Part shown: positions 25,234 through 34,961 of the stretch, piece after piece
Layout of the letters: every line of letters begins with the position of its first letter
Position numbering within the stretch: position 1 is the stretch's first letter
Assembly: GCA_002633005.1 (NCBI GenBank)
Contig: NMRA01000133.1
Coordinates: forward strand, 6,380-70,379
Reading direction: 5' to 3'
Source of the DNA: Phoronis australis
Taxonomy: Eukaryota; Animalia; Phoronida
DNA: 64,000 nt
Notes under the pieces: model-generated
The model's input: only the letters and a program-made list of their open reading frames with translations
Databases searched by the model: none
What the model was told of the DNA's origin: nothing
Made by a program: the position numbers and the translations under genes

Positions 25234-25520
25234 ACTCACCTGTGCTCTTTCAACGGAAATGTCGTGATACGCATGCGTAAAAAAGCTATGGTTAGAGACC
25301 ACTAGATGTCTCTCATCCTGAACGGAGCGCCGCTTGCAGGCCGTCAGTGTTTCTCATTCCCGCGCCTCATCTGAACATGCGCGCACGGGGGGATAACAAA
25401 AATTCCGAAATAAGTGGAGACGAAAAGTCCACTTGTATCAGGCTGAACAACCCCGTGGTCCACATTATCAAAAATTCGACCCCCCCATTTTTAGGCTGGA
25501 TGCGCGCATGAACAAGTCGT
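25234..25520 (-). promoter_or_regulatory. Putative TMEM33 non-coding first exon and housekeeping promoter
   Basis: Consensus donor CAG|GTGAGT at 25240/25239, adjacent ETS-like cggaa, NRF1-like palindrome tacgcatgcgta (25268-79), further catgcgcgca / tgcgcgcatg motifs and local CpG enrichment. The link to TMEM33 is inferred. Confidence 0.45.
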
Positions 25521-25664
25521 GGATATCGGACATTTCTCAGTTGAGCCAGTCCGCTCAAAAATACTCTGGCAAAGATACAATTAAGGAGAAAGGGAATTAC
25601 AAAAAATGAAGCACAGAAATAGTTGCCCGATTAAGATATATAGGCCTATCATTTATCCCATCGC

Positions 25665-25883
25665 ATATAGGCGGATCTAGAGGGGGGATCAAGAAGATCA
25701 TCCAGACCCCGTTTTCCCGCTTCGTCTGACGTTTTAGCAGTGGTGGCCTAGAGGGGGCCAAGTGGGCCATGGCGCCCCTAAAATTCTCCCAGTTTACATT
25801 TGGCAGTTCGGGGGTGACAATAATGACGAACAAAATCCTGGCTAATACTCTGCCGTGGCCTCCCCTAACTGGATCCGCCCCTG
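25665..25883. mobile_element. GC-rich MITE (GGCGGATC-type TIR)
   Basis: ggcggatctagaggggg ... tcccctaactggatccgcccctg; a related end ctagatccgccactg lies at ~24967-24981. Confidence 0.6.
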
Positions 25884-27345
25884 CTTAGTGATATCAAATC
25901 TGGGATTTTCAAATTGCTGTTTGGAGCCCCACTTTTTAAATTAAATCCTTGATCCGATCCTACCCCGTACACTAGAAATCCAGGATCCCGGCGCCCCTGC
26001 CTCGCCTGAAAAGGATAGAACAAGCTAGTGTTGGCTTATGAAGTAAACATCGGTCATGTGTGGTACTGCTGTGGCCAAATGGGGGGAGTTGCACGCGTGA
26101 TGTTAGTTTACGTACGTCGCTATATCTCTGTCACTACCTAGCTACTTTAAAATAGCATCCACACAGCTTGCGGCACCCCTGTACCCATGCACCTAGCTTA
26201 AATGTCCTAGGCTAATATGTACTTCACAACCCCGCACCCTTGGCAGCCGTGACGTTGCTAAACTCGGCTTCTTCTGGCGTCTCACCTTCTTCAGCAGTGA
26301 TTTGAAATGTAACTCACGTTATTTATAGGTCAACGATTGGTTCTGTTCTCTACACCGCCGACTCCAAAACACCGATTTATGACGCTGTGGAGTAAAATTG
26401 CGAAACAGAACGTTCTTTTAGATACATTTTTATACCCCAATTTTGTTAGACTGTGAAATACTAAGGAGACCTAATAATCATTGTATGCCAAAACACATTA
26501 TTTCGAGTGTACGCACATGAGCCTAAATATGCGCACATTTCAGGTAGCGGCCATGGAGACAAGGTGGTCCCCAACAAGCAGACAATGAATAAATATTTGA
26601 AACACTGTTGGCAGACGTTGCGAACATACCTACACCCCCCCCCCCCNCCCCCACGGTCGTCGCCGTCAAGACTTTCTTCTAATGTATTGTTATAATATAC
26701 AATTGCCGGTCCAGATCTTAACAGAAATAAAAAGTGGATAACCATCAGGCCCACAATTGGCCACTGTCTGTCTTAAAGCACGGGCTAGTTAATTTTGTAA
26801 AGCGAAGATTTTATTTTAGAAAAAAAAATAAACTGCATTAGCTATTTTACTGAAATTTACCCTGTGAAGCAAACAAATTCTGCGATGAATTAATTTAGTG
26901 TGCGGGGAATTTATACGGGTTATGCCAACTGTCCAAAGGAGGAGTATGAATAGCGGCAAAAGAAATTCGTTTTGATAACCTAAGACTTACACAACTATTC
27001 CTTATTTCCTTTAAAGCGCCGCCTTCCGTCCAAGAAGCGAATTTTTATTTAGACCATTAATCGCTACTAGATTGTCTCAACTTGCTCCATATTCCGATTT
27101 CTGAGCATACAAAGAACTGGCAGTTCATTACTCTATGAAGCCATGCTCGGCTCATAAAATGACATGTCCTGACAACTTCTAAACTTTGGTTTCAAACGAT
27201 AACGATTTGTCAGCTCTTCAAACCCCTGAAACTTCCTCCAGTTTGACTAAGGATCAATTCGAGATCGATTTCGTAATGGTGATTAGTCTCAATCAAAAGT
27301 TGCTTTTGTAATGAAAGGTGGGTCTATAGACGCTTTAAAAGAACA

Positions 27346-27390
27346 TGACGTAAAAATTGACTACGTCATGAAGTATAAAGATGACGTCAT
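27346..27390 (+). promoter_or_regulatory. CRE/ATF site cluster around a TATA box
   Basis: tgacgtaa (27346-53), tacgtca (27362-68), tataaa (27374-79) and perfect CRE tgacgtca (27382-89), ~100 nt upstream of ATG 27487. Confidence 0.55.
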
Positions 27391-27486
27391 CATATGTGGT
27401 AGCTGAGTGAGATTTCAGTTCTAGTTCAGAATTCATCTGACAGATTGTAAGAATAAGTGTATAGAATTTCGATTATTTATCATACT

Positions 27487-27987
27487 ATGGCTCCAATCAA
27501 TCACATTCGAAAAACGACTTGGGCAGGCGGCAGTTCTTTAGTGTTATTCGAGGAAGAAGGTCTGCATTTGGCAAAAGATGGCGCTAACTTTGGCAAGTCG
27601 TCATCCGAACATATAGTTCTTTTTCTCGTCATCGGCATTGGGATCACTTTCGCCATGTTGACCTTCGCTACTTCGAGAGAAATCTTTTGCCTTTTCACTC
27701 GTCGAGAGAGACGCATATTTTTGGAAAACGTGCGAATACTTCCTAAAAGAAGAAGAGCCGCACCGAAGAAGAAGAATGTCGATTTCAAAATATTCGTTGT
27801 CGGAGAAAACAACCAAATAACCGAATCTAAAGAAGAGTGTTCGGTTTACCTAGAAAAGGGACCAAGCTCGTGTTCTTCTAAAGACGAACGTCCATCTTCT
27901 GGCCAAGAGCTTATAGACTACAACTTGCCGGGACAAGTAGACAATTTTCCAAGCAATCCATCGTCCGATTTGGTGGTGGATGAATAA
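27487..27987 (+). CDS. Intronless orphan ORF, 166 aa, predicted single-pass membrane protein
   Basis: ATG in actATGG context; hydrophobic segment IVLFLVIGIGITFAMLTFA followed by basic TRRERR...PKRRRAAPKKK; Ser/acidic tail; AATAAA at 28123-28. No recognised family. Confidence 0.55.
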   Translation: MAPINHIRKTTWAGGSSLVLFEEEGLHLAKDGANFGKSSSEHIVLFLVIGIGITFAMLTFATSREIFCLFTRRERRIFLENVRILPKRRRAAPKKKNVDFKIFVVGENNQITESKEECSVYLEKGPSSCSSKDERPSSGQELIDYNLPGQVDNFPSNPSSDLVVDE

Positions 27988-29113
27988 TTCATGAGAAAGT
28001 TGTATTTATATGACTGCACGGGTGCGCCCAAAAGACATTAATTTTTTGATTGGCATTACTGAAGTAGCATCATGAGTTGTATTAATTTACTGTTCTCAAT
28101 TTTTGTCTGACATTTTGCATGTAATAAAATGTTTCTGAAAAACGTTTTCGAATTTGCACACAGGAGTCCTGCCCTCAAACTATGAGAACTGATTCAAAGG
28201 CGCAAAAACATTCCAGTGTTTAATTTCTTTCCGAACAACACGGATCGTACTTGAATTGGGACCCGAGCAGTTCAATATATTACAATGATTTGTGTGTCAC
28301 TTGGAGCAATAAATTGTGTGTCCTTCCGGAAGTAGTTGAGTATTAGAATCCATTACGCGGCAGCCACAGTTAAAGATATCAATCACGACTTCCTGTATTG
28401 CAATCTGAGCTATCTGCACCTACTTCTTCCAAGTGTGTGTGACATGCGGCTCAAAGAGCGCGATTAAGGTAGAGTTCATTTTATTGATTTTGAGCTTCAA
28501 AAACCAGGACTTGGACAGTTCCAACAGTTTGTTGCACAGCTTGTACAGAATCTGAAACTATGAACGGTATAGTGGACCAAAGAGTTCAAAAACCTTGCAC
28601 AAAATCTATTGAAACGGATTCTAAAGTCTGTTTTCCATTTTTTGCGACTACTGCAGGGACAGCCACTAAACGAGCTAAAACGTAAAAACCAACTCAGCAG
28701 TTTTCACCCCAAAGCCACCATTTGCATGCGATTACTACGAACTGAGAGCCAAAACTCTACAGATTACAAAAATCATGAGAAAAATTAGTGTCCCGGCCAC
28801 CTAAGTGTCTGAAGGGTGATGTAATTTCCTGCTAAATTTGGTGGCCCGCTACTGTAAATTGATTCGTCTCCCATTGACTGTCAGGAAGGCGAAGAATTTC
28901 AGATCACACACCCATGGGTATTTGTCAAATTTCTCACGTCGGAGTCTTGCAGCCCACAGCACTGCACACCATTCATAGGCCCGCCCNAGTCACATGTTGT
29001 TTGTCATAAAAGAGATAATAATACCTGCAGCTGATGCGGCAAATGGAACTACTCTCGTTTGTCACATTGTTTTAGACTCACTGTACGTAGAACTATGGTT
29101 TTCTGTTGAGCCC

Positions 29114-29155
29114 AGACCGTCCGGAGTTGCACCATATAACAACTCCGGAAGGTCT
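29114..29155. repeat. 42-bp hairpin
   Basis: agaccgtccggagttg-caccatataa-caactccggaaggtct; probably a MITE remnant. Confidence 0.7.
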
Positions 29156-29805
29156 CTCGCGAAGATTTAGCGTTATGTAGTATGCAACCGAGAAAAACTG
29201 TTAAGAATCAGACAACAACAAACAACATGTGAAATTCCAGTGGCATGAAAACGAGGCAGCAAATGTGCCTAGCAGATGTATACGGCATTATGAGTAAATA
29301 CAGCGAGGTTCGAGTGTCGCTGGGCCGGGAACGGCTCTATTCCATAGCCTTGCAGCACAAAACTTAAAATGCCCAGCCAACCCAACACTGGCCACTGAGC
29401 AGGTAGTGAAATTCAACTGTGACTGGCTCAAAAAACAAAAACTATTGAGTGCTTTCTACTAAAGGGACTTTGAACCCGCCTTCCATCACAAAAATATATA
29501 AAATGGGAACCATTTGTTCCTTACTCAGCCTGATATCTGGCCGGTTTGCACAGTGACAGCTCGTTATTCCCTGATCTACGATCAAATTATTTCGAAGTCC
29601 TGAAATCACGTGATTTTGAGTTGGCAATGGAAGGCGGGGTTATTGCTGGTTTAAATACTTGCGCGATAAACCCAAGCTTTCATTGAAAGAACAACTTTTG
29701 CTTAGGGCACTTTTTAATCAGTCTCAGTTTGTTCCAGGTTATTGAAGAACTCAGTGAAAGTGATTACTGCTTCACTGAGACCTTGATTCACGGTTGGTTA
29801 ATTTC

Positions 29806-29856
29806 AGTCACTAAAACTGGGTGACTCTTTCAGTCACTGAAACTGGGTGACTCTTA
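29806..29856. repeat. 26-bp tandem duplication
   Basis: cagtcactaaaactgggtgactcttt / cagtcactgaaactgggtgactctt. Confidence 0.85.
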
Positions 29857-31330
29857 AGGGAATTATAAACATTTTATAGTAAAAAAGGACGTCAGTGATG
29901 ACTTGTCTTTGGAAGACCAAATGCGCCGGCGACAGTCATCTTTTTAGGGTGGGCGGAGGAGCAGCTGGTCTATGTCTGGGGCGATATTTTTACCAAGCCA
30001 CAATGAAAAAAATGCGACCAAGAGCTAGAATTGTTCCCCATGTTTACGTCTATTGAAAGAGGGTTCAAGACATGGTCCTCATTCTGGAAAAGTCTATCCA
30101 AATTATACTCTGCCTTTTCCGAAACTTCGAGTAGTGATCTTACGTCCCGTTTTTACACCCATTTAGGCTAATCTGAACTAACTCCTCAGATCTATACACA
30201 AAATTGATAAAATGCACTCCCCCCCTCCTCCCCCTGCGTGCGCCCTTTAGAAACGAACAATCCAAGAAGTTTCTCGCACACTTTGTTTCAAAACTTGCTC
30301 TTCAGTTTTTGCTCTGAGTGTTTCGTACATAGGTGCATGCGCCTATAACTCCCGATTTTGCTAATCTTAGCGCAGAGGTACATGCGCCTACGAACACATA
30401 CGATATTTATTAGTTCTGGTACTGTACATTTCAATTTTCTCAACAACGTACTGGTTCAACGATGATGTATTTTAATTAAAAAGATGTTATTACTAGTTCA
30501 AGGAGGACATGTATATGTATATATATATATAGGGGTTGGCATATTTATGGCCCAAGTTCGAATTCCGTCGCTGACAGACCATGGGCTACATTATCGATGA
30601 TGCCTTGGATCAACCCAACCACATACGTGATTTCATTCGAAATTGACCAATCACTTGATGTGAAATCGAAAGAGTTGCTCAAAGCGTGACATGTGATTCG
30701 CCAGTTCGAGTAGTCTCTAGTAAAGGTTATGGGCCCTAAATGTGTTCAGGGCCCTCGTGGATCCATTGCTTAGAAATCTACGCGGTATGTTTGACAGTAT
30801 GTCGGCATGTGTTCGAGCGCGCATGCATGTGTGAACGAGAAAAATCAGGGCGATCGTACCAAAATCGTTTCACCAAAGGAGGTTACTTTCTGGCGATTGA
30901 CTTTCGGAAGGTCAAAGTAACACTTTCATGTGAGTACCTCAACACAAAATTTGATTGTCTATGACTTTGTACAGGTGTAGAAAATCTTAAAATACTGCGA
31001 AATAATCATCAGCACCACCAATCAATTGACCCCTCAAACAGCAGTTGTGGGTACGCGCCCCTTTTGTGTCTTCACCAATTTCCTCTCTGGGAGGAACATA
31101 AAAGTCCACTCCTGTGTTGGAGGGATACAAAACTGCTGAATGCAAAACTAGTCAAATGACCTTCCTGACTAGAATTTGACAAAAGTACTCACTGACAAAT
31201 AGTTCAGATCATTTAAATGGCACACTTTGGCAAATGGTTGACTCATCATGTATTTCAAGGGTACAGTGAGTTGCCAAAAACGCAATATGATGAAATACCA
31301 ATAAAAGACGCGTATCACTTAACAAACAAG

Positions 31331-31336
31331 TTTATT
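31331..31336 (-). terminator. Candidate dachshund polyadenylation signal
   Basis: AATAAA on the minus strand ~1.05 kb after the stop codon, followed by GT-rich sequence (CTTGTTTGTT). Confidence 0.5.
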
Positions 31337-32378
31337 AGTTATGTACTTTACAATAAGCATCTTCGGCTCCAATTTTAATATAAATGGTTGAAATAAACAC
31401 GACGTTTCCGATATGTACACTAAACAGTAGTCCAAGCATTTTGTCACTCAGGGAACGTGGGCATTGAATATTCCGTTTCCATCGAACTGAACCCGTAACG
31501 TATTTCTAACTAATATTTAGCACCTAACTCAGACGCTGAAAAACTAACACAAATTCGATGTTTTCAATAAGTAGTTCAACGATATGTACAAAACTGACTG
31601 CACATAAATACATTATAAGTTTCTCGTGTACCCTCACCAATGGTCACGTTTCTTACACTAGCTCTGTAAGCTAACCCAACTTGAAACACTTCATCGGGTC
31701 GCGAGCATCTGAGTTCGTTTCGTTGACTGTCCATTAAGCATACTTTTAGGAAAGAAAATCAAGTTTGAATGACAATGAGTAATAATATACGCACGAGAAC
31801 TCATTGGCAAACTAACAGGTTTAGTTTCAGGTTTTGGGCGTCGCGTACAATCTATACGGCACATGGCTATTCAGTATTTACATATTAACAGATATTTCAT
31901 TGTTTCAGCCTATAAGCGCAACCAGAAACGAAACTAAAAACGAACTTTCGTTTCTTACTCAACTTTAAGAAATACGTAACGTTTTAGTAGTTTTGGGTAC
32001 AGTGTCTAATCTCCGAACACAGACTTGACTGGGACTCAGACTCAAAACTTAATTGATCATGACGGATTGTTCGAGTATAAATATGATTTGTAAGTTTACT
32101 CGAAGTGCACTTGGTCAGTTCTCGAATGAAGTTCGGAATTGTGATTATGAGATTAGACTCCGAGCCGCAACAAATAATCGCTGAATCGTTCGTTTAACTG
32201 ACTCGTTATTAAACATTCAATAAATGCAGACACTGAAGCATTACTAAGACAAAATCTCAGTGGCTTTGTACACAATATTCCAAACATTAACCAAATATCA
32301 AATTATTAAAAAATATCATGAGAAAAATCAAAAGGTTACGAATCAATGCAAAGACATTAGCATTCGACACATATATAT

Positions 32379-32491
32379 TCATCGAAGGTCTGCTTTCAAC
32401 GGCGGAGGTGGATGAAGATATCCGTTTGCAGCTGATGCGAGACTCGTGGCCAGGTAACTCTCCATCAGCGAATGTATTCCTCCGCGAGACT
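32379..32491 (-). CDS. dach: dachshund coding exon 9 (last)
   Basis: tttacag|AG TCT CGC...: (E)SRGGIHSLMESYLATSLASAANGYLHPPPPLKADLR*; phase 1 fits exon 8. The acceptor is duplicated (alternative start at 32531). Confidence 0.65.
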
Positions 32492-32562
32492 CTGTAAATA
32501 GTTATAAACAAGAATAAGTACACGCGAGACTCTGTAAATAGTTATAAACAAGAATAAGTACA
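32483..32562. repeat. Perfect 40-bp tandem duplication spanning the dachshund last-exon acceptor
   Basis: cgcgagactctgtaaatagttataaacaagaataagtaca at 32483 and 32523. Confidence 0.97.
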
Positions 32563-33199
32563 TATATGAGAGAGCACGAGGACAAGGACTCATCCAGCGA
32601 GTCTAGGGTAAAAGAAATGGCTTACTTATTCAAAAATGTAAATCAAACAAATAACGAATTGCAATTATCAGACAATCATTTCCCCACCTTAAGATAATAG
32701 CTATTTGTTTTAAACATAATGGGTTACTAATGATCATTTAAATTTTTATAACCTATTTCACCAAAGAGTATAATTAAATGGTATGTAAATGTACTATACT
32801 TCACAGCTCCGCGCGACAAGTGGTAACCAGAGACGAATGAGGCGAGATGCGGGAACAAAGACGAGAAAAATGTGACAAGAGGTTAGCACAAGACGATACC
32901 TCTTTCAGGGGATTTATGGCGGAACATTAAAAGACGGTTGTCACTTTTTAATGTTTTAAGTTAACGGAATGTCTCATTATCTAAGTGCCTAGGTAAAAAT
33001 GCTAATGTCATCAACCAAGTATATACTGATACGACTGCCAGGTTTAAGCACGGTGATTTGCAACCATAAAAGTACACATAAAATCCGATGTCATGGGATC
33101 AATTACATAATTTCACACTTTCTATTATTGTCATGATCATACCAATAGGGTTTTTTCAAACTCAGGAACCGAACCTAACTTCACTGGAACCTAGTTTGT

Positions 33200-33640
33200 G
33201 CATTTTCCGGACACTTAAGTCCCGCCCACAAACAGGCTACTCTAGAACAACTTGCACTAGTGCATCTTACCCCACTTTTGAGTGGAGCGTCCATCCAATA
33301 ACTAGGGTAAGGCGGACGTCGTGGCTCTGTGCGTGACAATGAACGCCTAATGCGAGTAGGGAGCGCAAAAGAAAACTCGTCTGTATGTAACCGCATGTGA
33401 TAATTACCTCTGCCCCACCCCACTATTGCGGCTACATAGCGAAGTTGCGCAAGTTACCCTAGAACAAGTTACGCCATCTCGATAATGTGAAGTAAGTTGT
33501 CACAAGTGGGGTAAGTTGCGCCAGGTTTAAGTAGCGTCCACACAGCTCTCAAACCTAGCGAAAACTCGTTCCAAGAGTAACTTGTTCAAGGGTAAGTCTG
33601 TGTGTGGCACTATAAACTAGCGCAAGTTGCATCCGGAGCA
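33200..33640. repeat. Diverged repeat element with recurrent aagttgcgc / aagttaccc motifs in dachshund intron 8
   Basis: Many short imperfect repeats (caagttacgcc, taagttgcgcc, caagttgca, taacttgtt); boundaries unclear. Confidence 0.4.
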
Positions 33641-33706
33641 TTAGCTAAACTGCCCGTTTGAACACAGATGGCGAATATTATATCAATTTCAAGTTGAATT
33701 ATTTAC

Positions 33707-33802
33707 CAGACACACTTGTAACGGGTAACTTCCTTTCGGGCTCCGAGCGCGACACAGGTGACCTAGCACTTCTCTCCGAGTCGCTGTCCGTGGGCTGAGA
33801 AT
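33707..33802 (-). CDS. dach: dachshund coding exon 8
   Basis: gttgtag|(D)SQPTDSDSERSARSPVSRSEPERKLPVTSVS|gtaaat; 96 nt, phase 1/1; positionally like the penultimate vertebrate DACH exon. Confidence 0.75.
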
Positions 33803-34192
33803 CTACAACAGAAGCGAGATCAGATAAGAAACGCTAACAAAGAAGTGGCATAAATAACAATTATCAAAACTTTTCAAAATACGGTTTCTACACGCCTGTG
33901 TTCCCAACATAAAATTTTCGGATGTCAATCCAATTTCGCCCACTGTGCAGATACGAGCAAAATATGCATTTTATCCCAGTTTATGATCACAGGAAAAAAA
34001 ACAAACCATAATCATTTTTACGAAACAAACCAGTTGCGCTTACGGTGTAGTATTTTAATAGAGTAGTCCAAAGTTTTCCATTTGAGTGAGCTGAAGACAA
34101 TTGGCGTATATTCGGATGCCTGATTCCGAAAATGCCACGCGGCTAAATCAAGTGTACCGAGTTTTCCGGTAGTTGCGTACATGCACCTGTAC

Positions 34193-34336
34193 CTGTTCCG
34201 TTGACATGGCGCATACTGTCAGGTGAAGAATACCGTGCGGCTTCGTCACAACGATTCCTCTTGACGTCACCATCCATCTGTTCTTGAAGGCGTCGTCGTG
34301 TCTTTTTCTCTTTTTTCCATTTCTTTTGGTAAAAAA
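34193..34336 (-). CDS. dach: dachshund coding exon 7 (end of DD2 coiled coil); donor may be 34193, 34187 or 34181
   Basis: gttgtag|(I)FYQKKWKKEKKTRRRLQEQMDGDVKRNRCDEAARYSSPDSMRHVNGT; matches the DACH QKRLKKEKKAKRKLQE motif. Confidence 0.88.
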
Positions 34337-34560
34337 CTACAACATGATATTTTGAAAAAATAATCCTAAGTTGCTGAAAAATACAGTCAAGCTCCCAGCA
34401 TTTTAATAAAAATTAATGTCGTTTTGGAATAGACAGTTAACCTCTTTAACAAAATAATTGGTTTTTAATTACAATTTTTTGTTAGCGTGAAGCACTTTAT
34501 CATTTTGGTGACACAATAAATAAAGCAATTACGATTACGTAGACCTAATTGTACACTTAC

Positions 34561-34644
34561 TTCTATTTTTCTGTTCTTCCAATAGCTGGCGCTCCAATTC
34601 CTCCCGTTGTTCCTTCTCGCAAGACAACTTCAATTTCATCTCCG
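34561..34644 (-). CDS. dach: dachshund coding exon 6 (DD2)
   Basis: tttcag|(A)EMKLKLSCEKEQREELERQLLEEQKNR|gtaagt; phase 1/1; like DACH ELKM...RERELRETLEKQL..EQKNR. Confidence 0.93.
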
Positions 34645-34855
34645 CTGAAAATGAAATGACGAAACGCATGAAATTAAGGTGATTACGGTATTCAAAATTC
34701 ACAAATGCACAAAACACGGGAGCGGTCAAGATGTTTTGTGGCCATTTTGCTGAGTGTAATGTGAATTTAGTAAGAGTGTTTCATTCAAACAACAGCAAAT
34801 AACTTTAAATATCAACAATACAACAGCAAATAACTTTAAATATCAATAATAGTAA

Positions 34856-34961
34856 TAATGATGATGATGACGATGATGATGACGATGATGATGACGATGA
34901 CGATGATGATGATGATGATGATGATGATGGTGGTGGTGATGATGATGATGATGATGATGAT
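34856..34961. repeat. (GAT/GAC/GGT)n microsatellite
   Basis: Direct trinucleotide run. Confidence 0.95.
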
